DNA of 64,000 nt from positions 157,108,001 through 157,172,000 of the forward strand of contig OZ360220.1 in the NCBI GenBank assembly GCA_977017645.1, written 5' to 3'. This document shows, piece by piece, positions 50,501 to 63,524 of this stretch. The notes under the pieces are model-generated. The model did no database searches. It had not been told where the DNA came from and saw nothing but the letters and a program-made list of their open reading frames with translations. A program made the position numbers and the translations under genes. Origin of the DNA: Torpedo marmorata (taxonomy: Eukaryota). Each line of letters starts with the position of its first letter. The stretch's first letter is position 1.

Positions 50501-52386
50501 GACAGGAGTAGAGGGGTTTGTGTGGACAGTAGAGTGTTTATGGTATACAGGAGTAGAGGGGTTAGCGTAGACAGTAGAGGGGTTAGGGTAGACAGTAGAG
50601 GGGTTTGGGTTGACAGGAGTAGAGGAGTTAGGGTAGACAGTAGAGGGGTTAGGGTAGACAGTAGTGGAGTTAGGTTAGTCAGTAGAGGGGTTAGGGTAGA
50701 CAGTAGAGGGGTTTGGGTAGACAGTAGAGGGGTTAGGGTAGACAGGAGAGGGGTTAGGGTAGATAGTAGAGAGGTTAGGGTAGGCAGGAGTAGAGGGGTT
50801 AGGATAGACAGGAGTAGAGGGCTTAGGATAGACAGGAGAAGAGGGGTTAAGGTAGACAGTAGAAGGGTTAGGGTAGACATTAGAGGGGTAAGGGTACACA
50901 GTAGATGGATTAGGGTAGACAGAAGTAGAGGGATTACGGTAGGCAGTAGAGGGGTTAGGATAGACAGTAGAAGGGTTAGGGTAGACAGTAGAAGGTTTAG
51001 GGTAGACAGTAGAGGGGTTAGGGTAGACAGGAGTAGAGGGGTTAAGGTAGAAAGTAGAGGAGTTAGGGTGGACAGGATTAGAGGGATTAGGGTAGACAGT
51101 AGAGGGGTTAGGGTAGACAGGAGTAGAGGGGTTAAGGTAGAAAGTAGAGGGGTTAGGGTCGACAGAAGTAGAGGTGTTTGGGCAGAAAAGAGTAGAGAGG
51201 TTAGGGTAGACAGTTGAGGGGTTAGGGTAGACAGGAGTAGAGGGGTTAGTGTGGACAGTAGAGTGTTTATGGTAGACAGGAGTAGAGGGGTTAGGGTAGA
51301 CAGTAGAGGGGTTAGCGGAGACAGTAGTGTGATTATGGTCGACAGGGGTAGAGAGGTTAGGAGAGACAGGAGTAGAAGTGTTAGGGGAGACAGTAATAGA
51401 GGGTTAGGATAGACAGAAGTAGACGGGTTAAGTTGGACAGGAGTAGAGGGGTTAGGATAGACAGGAGTAGAGGGGTTAGGATAGACAGGAGTAGAGGGGT
51501 TAGGGTAGACAGTAGAGGGGTTCAGGTAGACAGTAGAGAGGTTAGGGCACACAGGTGTAGAGGGGTTAGGATAGACAGGAGTAGAGGGGTTAGGGTAAGC
51601 AGTAGATGGATTAGGGTAGACAGGAGTCGAGGGGTTTGGGTAGAGAGTAGAGGGGTTACGGTAGACAGTAGAGGGATTAGGCTGGACAGGAGTAGAGGCG
51701 TTAGGGTAGACAGGAGTAGAGGGGTTAGTGTAGACAACAGTAGAGGGGTTCGTGTAGAGTGTAGGGGGTTAGGGTAGACAGTAGAGGGATTAGAGTAGAC
51801 AGGAGTAGAGGCGTTTGTGCAGACAGTAGACGGGTTAGGGTATACATTAGTAGAGTGGTTAGGGTAGACACTGGATGGGTTAGGGTAGACAGTAGAGGGG
51901 TTTGGGTAGACAGTAGAGGGGTTAGGGTAGATAGTAGAGGGGTTAGGATAGACAGGAATAGAGGGGTTAGGATAGACAGGAGTAGAGGGCTTAGGATAGA
52001 CAGGAGAAGAGGGGTGAAGGTAGACAGTAGAAGGGTTAGGGTAGACATTAGAGGGGTAAGGGTACACAGTAGATGGATTAGGGTAGATTGGAGTAGAGGG
52101 GTTATGGTAGGCAGTAGAGGAGTTAGGATAGACAGTAGAAGGGTTAGGGTAGACAGTAGAGGGGTTAGGGTAGACAGTAGAGGGGTTAGGGTACACAGGA
52201 GTAGAAGGGTTAGGGTAGACAGGAGATGGATTGGGGTAGACAGGAGTAGATGTGTTAGGATTAAACAGTAGAGTTGTTAGGATAGACAGGAGTGGAGGTG
52301 TTCGGGTAGACATTAGAGGGGTTAGGGTAGACAGGAGTAGAGGGGTTAGGGTAGACAGAAAAGGGGATAGGGTGGACAGCAGACAG

Positions 52387-54196
52387 AAAAAATATAAATG
52401 CTGGAGAAATTCAGCAGGTCAAACAGTGTCATTTATGTAGCAAAGGTAGAAATACATAACCGACGTTTCGGGCTTGAGCCCTTTATCAAAGTATGAGAAA
52501 ATGCTTCAGACGTCCGAACAAAAGAGTGAGGGGGGAAGGGCGGGTGGTGGCAAAAGCAGGAGATGATAGGTGGAGAAAGGAGGGAGGGGACAGCAGCAAA
52601 GAGGGGGAGGAGGGATGGCTGGGTGGGTGAAAAAAAAACAGGAAGGAAAGCTGAGGGGGGAGGGGAAGGAAACGACTAGCAGGTTTAGTGGAAAGCAAAA
52701 AAGTCAATGTTAATGCCATCTGGCTGGAGAGAGCCGAGACGGAAAATGAGATGTTGTTCCTCCAATTTGCGGGTAGTCTGGGTGGGATAGTACATAAGGC
52801 CATGGACAGACATGTGAGTGTGGGAGTGTGACCCGGAATTGAAATGGTTGGCTACTGGGAGGTCGCTGTTGTTGCGGACGGAGAGGAGGTGCTCAGCGAA
52901 GCGATCTCCCAATCTACGACCGGTCTCTCCGATGTGGAGAAAGCCACAAAGGGAGCACCGGATGCAGTAAATAAGTTCTCTGGATGTACAAGTGAAGTGT
53001 AGTTTCACTTGGAAGGCCTGTTTATGGCCCCGGACCGTGGTGAGGGGGGAGGTGTGGGCGAAGGTTTTGCACCTCCTGCGGGCACAGGGGAAGGTGCCGG
53101 GGGTGCGATTGGTGGGGAGGGATGAGTGCACGATGGAATCGCGGAGGGAGCGGTCCCTACGGAATGCCGAGAGGGGAGGAGAAGGAAAAATGTGTCTGGT
53201 GGTGGGATCCTGTAGTAAGTGGCGGAAATTCCGGCGGATAATGTGTTGGATGCGGAGGCTGGTGGGGTGGTAGGTGAGGATGAGGGGGATTCTATGATTG
53301 TTGCGTCTGGGCGTAGTGGGGTCCAGGGCGGCCCCCTCTCCCCCCAGACGCAACCCTGGCCCCCTCTGCACCCAGATGCAACCCTGGCCCCTCTGCCCCC
53401 AGACGCAACAAACATAGAATCCCCCTCATCCTCACCTACCACCCCACCAGCCTTCCCCTGTGCCCGCAGGAGGTGCAACACCTGCGCCCACACCTCCCCC
53501 CTCACCACAGTCCGGGGCCCCAAAGAAGCCTTCCAGGTGAAACTACACTTCACTTGTACATCCAGAGAACTTATTTACTGCATCCGGTGCTCCCTTTGTG
53601 GCTTTCTCTACATCGGAGAGACCAGTCGTAGATTGGGAGATCACTTTACTGAGCATCTCCTGTCTGTCCGCAACAACAGTGACCTCCCAGTAGCCAACCA
53701 TTTCAATTCCGGGTCACACTCCCACACTCACATGTCTGTCCATGGCCTATTGTACTCTCCCACCCAGACTACCCGCAAATTGGAGGAACAACATCTCATT
53801 TTCCGTCTAGGCACTCTCCAGCCAGATGGCATTAACATTGACTTTTCTGCTTTCCACTAAAGCTGCTTGTCGTTTCCTTCCCCTCCCCCCTCACCTGTCC
53901 TTCCTGTTTTTTTCCACCCACCCAGCCATCCCTCCTCCCCCTCTTTGCTGCTGTCCCCTCCCTCCTTTCTCTACCTATCATCTCCTGCCTTTGCCACCCC
54001 CCCTTCCCCCCTCACTCATTTGTTCGAACGCCTGCCGGCATTTTCTCATATTTTGATGAAGGGCTCAAGCCCGAAACGCCGGTTATGTATTTCTAGCTTT
54101 GCTACATAAAAGACACTGTTTGACCTGCTGAGTTTCTCCAGCATTTGTGTTTTTTTCTTCAACCACGGTGTCTACAGATTTACGTGTTTTACTTTC
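52387..54196. mobile_element. Second fold-back Penelope-like element, inside the satellite
   Basis: The left arm (minus strand, frame 52685-53371) and right arm (plus strand, ends 53860) both encode GIY-YIG. Three ~28-bp tandem repeats sit at the centre, the right arm has a ~164-bp deletion, and hammerhead motifs lie at 52458-52489 (minus) and 54053-54084 (plus). Confidence 0.92.
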
Positions 54197-54498
54197 AAGA
54201 CAGTAGAGCGGTGAGGGTAGACAGGAGTAGAGGGATTAGTGTAGACAGGAGTAGAGGGGATAGCGTAGACAGTAGAGGGGTTATGGTAGACAGGAGAAGA
54301 GGTGTTAGCGTAGACAGTAGAGGGTTTAGGGTTGACAGGAGTAGAGGGATTTGGGTAGACAGTAGAGCGGTCAGGGTAGACAGGAGTAGAGGGGTTAGGG
54401 TAGACAGGAGTAGAGGGGTTTGGGTAGACAGTAGAGGGGTTAGGGTAGACAGGAGTAGAGGATTTAGGGTAGACAGTGGAGGGGTTAAGGTAGACAGT

Positions 54499-55331
54499 AG
54501 AATCAGAATCAGAATTTATTGTCATGAACAAGTCACGAAATTTGGTGTTTTGCGGCAGCATCATAGTGCAATTAACATTCATATTAACCATCTAACGACA
54601 TTACTATAAAAATTATAAACAATAGTGCACAAAAAGTAAGGCAGTGTCATTGGTTCATTGATTATTCAGGAATCTGATGGCAGCGGGGAAGAAGCTGTCC
54701 TTGTGCCGTTGAGTGCTCGTCTCTAGGCTCCTGTACCTTTTTCCTGATGGAAGCAGAGTGAAGAGGGCATGGCCTGGGTGGTGGGGGTCTTTGAGGATAG
54801 AGGCTGCTTTTTTAAGACACCGCCTCATGTAGATGTCCTCGATGGAGTGAAGTTTGGTGCCTGTGATGTCACAGGCCGAGTTAACAACCCTCTGGAGTTT
54901 ACTCTTGTCCTGGGAGTTGGCGCCTCCATACCAGGCAGTGATGCAACCAGCCAGAATGCTCTCCACGGTGCACCTGTAGAAGTTTACGAGAGTCTTTGGT
55001 GACATACCGAGTCTCCGCAGAAACCTCACAAAGTATAGCCGCTGACGAGCCTTCTTTGTGATTGCATCAATGTGGATGCTCCAGGACAGATCCTCGGAGA
55101 TGTTGACACCCAGGAATTTGAAGTTCTTGACCCTCTCCACAACTGAGCCCTCGATGAGGAGTGGGTCGTGTTCCCCTGACTTCCTCCTGAAGTCCACAAT
55201 CATCTCCTTGGTTTTGCTGACGTTGAGCTCAAGGTTGTTGCCATTACACCATTCAACGAGCTGATCTATCTACCTCCTGTACGCTTCCTCATTGCCGTTT
55301 GTGATTCTGCCAACAACTGTGGTGTCATCGG
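54499..55331 (-). mobile_element. Rex1/Babar LINE 3' fragment inserted in the satellite
   Basis: Highly similar to 43578-44400. [22 protein letters not shown]...FFPAAIRFLNNQ; (attctg)n tail; truncated at the DD motif. Confidence 0.92.
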
Positions 55332-58300
55332 TTTGGGTAGACAGTAGAGGGGTTAGGGTAGACAGGAGTAGAGGAGTTAGGGTAGGCAGTAGAGGGGTTT
55401 GGGTAGACAGTAGAGGGGTTAGGGTAGACAGGAGTAGAGGAGTTAGGGTAGACAGTAGAGGGGATAGGGTAGACAGGAGTAGCAGGGTTTGGGTCAACAG
55501 TAGAGGGCTTTGGTGGACAGTAGAGGGGTTAGGGTAGACAGTAGAGGGGTTTGGGTAGACAGTAGAGGGGTTAGGGTAGACAGTAGGGGTGTTAGGGTAG
55601 ACAGGAGTAGAGGGGTTAAGGTAGACAGTAGAGGGGTTATGGAAGACAGGAGTAGAGGGGTTAAGGTATACTCTAGATTGGTTTGGGTGGACAGTAGAGG
55701 GGTTTGGGTAGATAGTAGAGGGGTTAGGGTAGACAGTAGATGGATTTGGGTGGACAGGAGTATAGGGGTTAGGATAGACAGGAGTAAAGGGGTTAGGGTA
55801 GACACTAGAGGGGTTAGGGTAGACAGTAGAGGGGTTAGGATAGACAGTACTGGGATTAGGGTAGACAGGATTAGAGGGGTTAGGGAAGACAGTAGAGGGA
55901 TTCGGGACAACAGGAGCAGAGAGGTTAGGATAGACAGGAGTCGAGGTGTTAGTGTTGACTGGAGTAGAGGGGTACGGGTAGACAGTAGAGGGGTTAGGGT
56001 ATACAGTAGAGGGATTAGGGTAGACAGGAGTAGTGGGGTTCGGGTAGACAGTAGACGGGTTAGGGTAGACATTCGTAGAGGGGTTAGGGTAGACACTAGA
56101 GGAGTTAGGGTAGACAGTAGAGGTGTTTGGTTAGACAGTAGAGGGGTTGGTGTAGACATTAGTGGGATTAGGGTAGACAGGAGTAGAGGGGTTAGGATAG
56201 ACATGAATAGAGGGGTTAGGGTAGACAGGAGTAGAGGGGTTTGGGTAGACAGTAGAGGTTTCAGGGTAGACAGTCGAGGCATTAGGGTAGACAGGAGTAG
56301 AGGTGTTAGGGTAGACAGTAGAGGGTTAGGATAGACAGGAGTAGAGGGGTTAGGGTAGACAGTGGTCGAGGGGTTAGGGTAGACAGGAGTAGAAGGATTA
56401 GGATAGACAGGTTTAGATTGGTTAGGGTAGACAGGAGTAGAGAGGTTAGGATAGACAGCAGTTGGGGTGTTAGGGTAGACAATAGATTGGTTAGGGTAGA
56501 CAGTACTGGAATTAGGGTAGACAGGATTAGAGGGATTAGGGTAGACAGTAGAGGGATTAGGGACAACAGAAGCAGAGAGGTTAGGATAGACAGGAGTCGA
56601 GGTGTTAGTGTAGACTGGAGTAGAGGGGTACGGGTAGATAGTAGAGGGGTTAGGGTAGACAGTAGAGGGATTAGGGTAGACAGGAGTAGTGGGGTTCGGG
56701 TAGACAGTAGACGGGTTAGGGTAGACATTTGTAGAGGGGTTAGGGTAGACACTAGAGGGGTTAGTGTAGACAGTAGAGGGGTTTGGTTAGACAGTAGAGG
56801 GGTTGGTGTAGACATTAGTGGGATTAGGGTAGACAGGAGTAGAGGGGTTAGGATAGACATGAATAGAGGGGTTAGGGTAGACAGGAGTAGAGGGGTTCGG
56901 CTAGACAGTAGAGGTTTCAGTGTAGACAGTAGAGGCATTAGGGTAGACAGGAGTAGAGGTGTTAGGGTAAACAGTAGAGGGTTAGGATAGACAGGAGTAG
57001 AGGGGTTAGGGTAGACAGTGGTCGAGGGGTTAGGGTAGACAGGAGTAGAAGGATTAGGGTAGACAGGTTTAGATTGGTTAGGGTAGACAGGAGAGGGATT
57101 AGGGTAGATAGGAGTCGAGGGGTTAGGGTAGACAGGAGAGGGATTGGGTGGACAGGAGTAGATGGGTTAGCATAGATAGGAGAGGGATTAGGTTAGACAG
57201 GAGTAGAGGGGTTAGGGTAGACACTAGAGGTTTAGGGTAGACAGTAGTGGGGTTAGGATGGACAGTAGAGGGATTAGGGTCGACAGGAGTAGAGAGGTTT
57301 GGATAGACAGCAGTAGGGGTGTTGGGGTAGACAGTCGAGTGATTAGGGTAGACAGTACTGGGATTAGGGTAGACAGGATTAGAGGGGTTAGGGTAGACAG
57401 TAGAGGGATTCGGGTCGACAGGAGCAGAGAGGTTATGATAGACAGGAGTTGAAGTTTTAGTGTGGACCGGAGTAGAGGGGTACGGATAGACAGTAGAGGG
57501 GTTAGGGTAGACGGTAGAGGGATTAGGGTAGACAGCAGTAGTGGGGTTCGGGTAGACAGTAGACGGGTTAGGGTAGACATTCGTAGAGGGGTTAGGGTAG
57601 ACACTAGAGGGGTTAGGGTAGACAGTAGAGGTGTTTGGTTAGACAGTAGAGGGGTTAGGGTAGACAATAGTGGGATTAGGGTAGACAGGAGTAGAGGGGT
57701 TAGGATAGACATGAGTAGAGGGGTTAGGGTAGACAGGAGTAGAGAGGTTTGGGTAGACAGTAGAGGGTTCAGGGAAGACAGTAGAGGCATTAGGGTTGAC
57801 AGGAGTAGAGGTGTTAGGGTAGACAGTAGATGGCTAGGTTAGATAGGAGTAGAGGGGTAAGGGTAGACAAGATTAGAGTGGTTAGGGTAGACAGGAGAGG
57901 GATTAGGGTAGACAGGAGTAGAGGGGTTAGGATAGACAGGAGTAAAGGGGTTCGGGTAGACAGTAGAGGGGTTAGGGTAGGCAGTGGAGAGGTAAGGGTA
58001 ATCAGGAGTGGAGGGGTTCGGGTGGACTGTAGAGGGGTTAGAGTAGACAGTAGAGGGATTAGGGTAGACAGGGGTAGAGGGGTTTGGGTACACAGTACAC
58101 GGGTTAGGGTAGACAGTAGAGGGGTTTGGGTAGACAGTACAGTGGTTAGGGTAGACAGTAGCGGGATTAGGGTAGACAGTAGAGGGGTTAGGGTCGACAG
58201 GAGTAGAGAGGTTAGGATAGACAGGAGTAAAGGGGTTAGGGTAGACACTAGAGGGGTTAGGGTAGACAGTAGAGGGGTTAGGATAGACAGTACTGGGATT

Positions 58301-61300
58301 AGGGTAGACAGGATTAGAGGGGTTAGGGAAGACAGTAGAGGGATTCGGGACAACAGGAGCAGAGAGGTTAGGATAGACAGGAGTCGAGGTGTTAGTGTAG
58401 ACTGGAGTAGAGGGGTACGGGTAGACAGTAGAGGGGTTAGGGTAGACAGTAGAGGGGTTTGGGTTGACAGGAGTAGAGGAGTTAGGGTAGACAGTAGAGG
58501 GGTTAGGGTAGACAGGAGCAGAGGGGTTAGGGTAGACAGCAGATTGGTTTGGGTGGACAGTAGAGGGGTTTGGGTAGATAGTAGAGGGGATAGGGTAGAC
58601 AGTAGAGGGGTTAGGATAGACAGTAGAGGGATTAGGGTCGACAGGAGTAGAGAGGTTAGGATAGACAGCAGTTGGGGTGTTAGGGTAGACAATAGATTGG
58701 TTAGGGTAGACAGTACTGGAATTAGGGTAGACAGGATTAGAGGGATTAGGGTAGACAGTAGAGGGATTAGGGACAACAGAAGCAGAGAGGTTAGGATAGA
58801 CAGGAGTCGAGGTGTTAGTGTAGACTGGAGTAGAGGGGTACGGGTAGACAGTAGAGGGGTTAGGGTAGACAGTAGAGGGATTAGGGTAGACAGGAGTAGT
58901 GGGGTTCGGGTAGACAGTAGACGGGTTAGGGTAGACATTCGTAGAGGGGTTAGGGTAGACACTAGAGGAGTTAGGGTAGACAGTAGAGGTGTTTGGTTAG
59001 ACAGTAGAGGGGTTGGTGTAGACATTAGTGGGATTAGGGTAGACAGGAGTAGAGGGGTTAGGATAGACATGAATAGAGGGGTTAGGGTAGACAGGAGTAG
59101 AGGGGTTTGGGTAGACAGTAGAGGTTTCAGGGTAGACAGTCGAGGCATTAGGGTAGACAGGAGTAGAGGTGTTAGGGTAGACAGTAGAGGGTTAGGATAG
59201 ACAGGAGTAGAGGGGTTAGGGTAGACAGTGGTCGAGGGGTTAGGGAAGACAGGAGTAGAAGGATTAGGATAGACAGGTTTAGATTGGTTAGGGTAGACAG
59301 GAGTAGAGAGGTTAGGATAGACAGCAGTTGGGGTGTTAGGGTAGACAATAGATTGGTTAGGGTAGACAGTACTGGAATTAGGGTAGACAGGATTAGAGGG
59401 ATTAGGGTAGACAGTAGAGGGATTAGGGACAACATAAGCAGAGAGGTTAGGATAGACAGGAGTCGAGGTGTTAGTGTAGACTGGAGTAGAGGGGTACGGG
59501 TAGATAGTAGAGGGGTTAGGGTAGACAGTAGAGGGATTAGGGTAGACAGGAGTAGTGGGGTTCGGGTAGACAGTAGACGGGTTAGGGTAGACATTTGTAG
59601 AGGGGTTAGGGTAGACACTAGAGGAGTTAGGGTAGACAGTAGAGGGGTTTGGTTAGACAGTAGAGGGGTTGGTGTAGACATTAGTGGGATTAGGGTAGAC
59701 AGGAGTAGAGGGGTTAGGATAGACATGAATAGAGGGGTTAGGGTAGACAGGAGTAGAGGGGTTCGGCTAGACAGTAGAGGTTTCAGTGTAGACAGTAGAG
59801 GCATTAGGGTAGACAGGAGTAGAGGTGTTAGGGTAAACAGTAGAGGGTTAGGATAGACAGGAGTAGAGGGGTTAGGGTAGACAGTGGTCGAGGGGTTAGG
59901 GTAGACAGGAGTAGAAGGATTAGGGTAGACAGGTTTAGATTGGTTAGGGTAGACAGGAGAGGGATTAGGGTAGATAGGAGTCGAGGGGTTAGGGTAGACA
60001 GGAGAGGGATTGGGTGGACAGGAGTAGATGGGTTAGCATAGATAGGAGAGGGATTAGGTTAGACAGGAGTAGAGGGGTTAGGGTAGACACTAGAGGTTTA
60101 GGGTAGACAGTAGTGGGGTTAGGATGGACAGTAGAAGGATTAGGGTCGACAGGAGTAGAGAGGTTTGGATAGACAGCAGTAGGGGTGTTGGGGTAGACAG
60201 TCGAGTGATTAGGGTAGACAGTACTGGGATTAGGGTAGACAGGATTAGAGGGGTTAGGGTAGACAGTAGAGGGATTCGGGTCGACAGGAGCAGAGAGGTT
60301 ATGATAGACAGGAGTTGAAGTTTTAGTGTGGACCGGAGTAGAGGGGTACGGATAGACAGTAGAGGGGTTAGGGTAGACGGTAGAGGGATTAGGGTAGACA
60401 GCAGTAGTGGGGTTCGGGTAGACAGTAGACGGGTTAGGGTAGACATTCGTAGAGGGGTTAGGGTAGACACTAGAGGGGTTAGGGTAGACAGTAGAGGTGT
60501 TTGGTTAGACAGTAGAGGGGTTAGGGTAGACAATAGTGGGATTAGGGTAGACAGGAGTAGAGGGGTTAGGATAGACATGAGTAGAGGGGTTAGGGTAGAC
60601 AGGAGTAGAGAGGTTTGGGTAGACAGTAGAGGGTTCAGGGAAGACAGTAGAGGCATTAGGGTTGACAGGAGTAGAGGTGTTAGGGTAGACAGTAGATGGC
60701 TAGGTTAGATAGGAGTAGAGGGGTAAGGGTAGACAAGATTAGAGTGGTTAGGGTAGACAGGAGAGGGATTAGGGTAGACAGGAGTAGAGGGGTTAGGATA
60801 GACAGGAGTAAAGGGGTTCGGGTAGACAGTAGAGGGGTTAGGGTAGGCAGTGGAGAGGTAAGGGTAATCAGGAGTGGAGGGGTTCGGGTGGACTGTAGAG
60901 GGGTTAGAGTAGACAGTAGAGGGATTAGGGTAGACAGGGGTAGAGGGGTTTGGGTAGACAGTACACGGGTTAGGGTAGACAGTAGAGGGGTTTGGGTAGA
61001 CAGTAGAGTGGTTAGGGTAGACAGTAGCGGGATTAGGGTAGACAGTAGAGGGGTTAGGGTCGACAGGAGTAGAGAGGTTAGGATAGACAGGAGTAGAGGT
61101 GTTTGGGTAGACAGTAGAAGGGTTAGGATAGACAGTAGAGGGATTAGGGTAGACAGTAGAGGGGTTAGGGTAGACAGTAGAGGGGTTTGGGTAGACAGTA
61201 GAGTGGTTAGGGTAGACAGTAGTGGGATTAGGGTAGACAGTAGAGGGGTTAGGGTCGACAGGAGTAGAGAGGTTAGGATAGACAGGAGTAGAGGTGTTTG

Positions 61301-63524
61301 GGTAGACAGTAGAAGGGTTAGGATAGACAGTAGAGGGATTAGGGTAGACAGTAGAGGGGTTAGGGTAGACAGTAGAGGGGTTAGGGTAGACAGTAGAGGG
61401 ATTAGGGTAGACAGGTGTAGAGGCATTAGGGTAGACATTAGAGGGATTAGGGTAGACAGTGGAGGGGTTAGGGTAGGCAGGAGAGTGGTTTGGGTAGATA
61501 GTAGAGAAGTTAGGGTAGACATTAGAGTGGTTATGGTAGACTGTAGAGGGGTTCGGGTAGACAGGAGTAAAGGGGTATGATGGAGAGGAGTAGAGGGGTT
61601 AGGATAGACAGTAGAGGGGTTAGGGTAGACAGAAGAGGGGTTAGGGTAGACAGTAGAGGGATTAGGGTAGACAGGAGTAGAGGGGTTAGGGTAGACAGGA
61701 GAAGAGGAATTTTGGTAGACAGTAGAGGGGTTTGGGTAGACAGGAGTAGAGGAGTTAGGGTAGACAGTAGAGGGATTAGGGTAGACAGTAGACGGGTTAG
61801 GATAGACAGTAGATGGATTAGGGTCGACAGGAGTAGAGAGGTTAGGGTAGACACTAGAGGTTTAGGGTAGACAGTAGAGGGGTTAGGATGGACAGCAGTT
61901 GGGGTGTTAGGGTAGACAGTAGAGTGGTTAGGGTAGACAGTACTGGGATTAGGGTAGACAGTAGAGGGGTTAGTATAGACAGTAGAGGGTTTAGGGTAGA
62001 CAGGAGTAGAGGGGTTAGGGTTGACAGTAGAGTGGTGGGATAGACGAGTAGAGGGGTTAGGATAGACAGGAGAAGAGGGGTTCGGGGAGACAGTAGAGGA
62101 GTTAGGTTTGACAGTAGAGGGGTTAGGGTAGACAGGAGTAGAGGGGTAGGATAGACATAAGTAGAGGGGTTAGGGTAGACAGTAGAGGGGTTAGGGTAGA
62201 CAGTAGAGGGGTTAGGGTAGACAGTAGAGGTTTTAGGGTAGACAGGAGAAGAGGGGTTCGTGTAGACAGTAGAGGGGTTAGGGTAGACAGTAGAGGGGAT
62301 AGGGTAGACAGTAGAGTGGTTAGGGTAGACAGGAGTTGATGGGTAGGATGGACAGGAGTAGAGGGGTTATGGTAGACAGGAGTAGAGGGGTTAGTGTGGA
62401 CAGTAGAGTGTTTATGGTAGACAGGAGTAGAGGGGTTAGGGTAGACAGTAGTGTGATTATGGTCGACAGGAGTAGAGAGGTTAGGAGAGACAGGAGTGTT
62501 AGGGGAGACAGTAATAGAGGGTTAGGATAGACAGAAGTAGACGGGTTAAGTTGGACAGGAGTAGAGGGGTTAGGATAGACAGGAGTAGAGGGGTTAGGAT
62601 AGACAGGAGTAGAGGGGTTAGGATAGACAGGAGTAGAGGGGTTAGGATAGACAGGAGTAGAGGGGTTAGGGTAGAGAGTAGAGGGGTTCAGGTAGACAGT
62701 AGAGAGGTTAGGGCACACAGGTGTAGAGGGGTTAGGATAGACAGGAGTAGAGGGGTTAGGGTAAGCAGTAGATGGATTAGGGTAGACAGGAGTCGAGGGG
62801 TTTGGGTAGAGAGTAGAGGGGTTACGGTAGACAGTAGAGGGATTAGGCTGGACAGGAGTAGAGGCGTTAGGGTAGACAGGAGTAGAGGGGTTAGTGTAGA
62901 CAGCAGTAGAGGGGTTCGTGTAGAGTGTAGGGGGGTTAGGGTAGACAGTAGAGGGATTAGGGTAGACAGGAGTAGAGGCGTTTGTGCAGACAGTTGACGG
63001 GTTAGGGTATACATTAGTAGAGTGGTTAGGGTAGACACTGGATGGGTTAGGGTAGACAGTAGAGGGGTTTGGGTAGACAGTAGAGGTAGATAGTAGAGAG
63101 GTTAGGGTAGGCAGGAGTAGAGGGGTTAGGATAGACAGGAGTAGAGGGGTTAGGATAGACAGGAGTAGAGGGCTTAGGATAGACAGGAGAAGAGGGGTTA
63201 AGTTGGACAGTAGAAGGGTTAGGGTAGACATTAGAGGGGTAAGGGTACACAGTAGATGGATTAGGGTAGATTGGAGTAGAGGGGTTACGGTAGGCAGTAG
63301 AGGAGTTAGGATAGACAGTAGAAGGGTTAGGGTAGACAGTAGAGGGGTTAGGGTAGACAGTAGAGGGGTTAGGGTACACAGGAGTAGAAGGGTTAGGGTA
63401 GACAGGAGATGGATTGGGGTAGACAGGAGTAGATGTGTTAGGATTAAACAGTAGAGAGGTTAGGATAGACAGGAGTGGAGGTGTTCGGGTAGACAGAAAA
63501 GGGGATAGGGTGGACAGCAGACGG

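Noticed and set aside
38445-53650. Both right arms carry Arg>His in the GIY-YIG motif (DHF versus DRF), suggesting a propagating palindrome with one dead nuclease
   Set aside because: CGC>CAC is a CpG transition that recurs easily, and neighbouring variants group the arms by locus rather than by side. Kept only as something the arm phylogeny would test.
45402-63454. Long ORFs (up to 456 aa) of GVRVDRSR, LLSTLTP and STVYPNP repeats; the last superficially resembles a Pol II CTD heptad
   Set aside because: Automatic consequence of 21/24-bp units lacking stops in three of six frames. Frequent 1-nt indels break the frames, most starts are GTG/TTG, and TEs interrupt the array.
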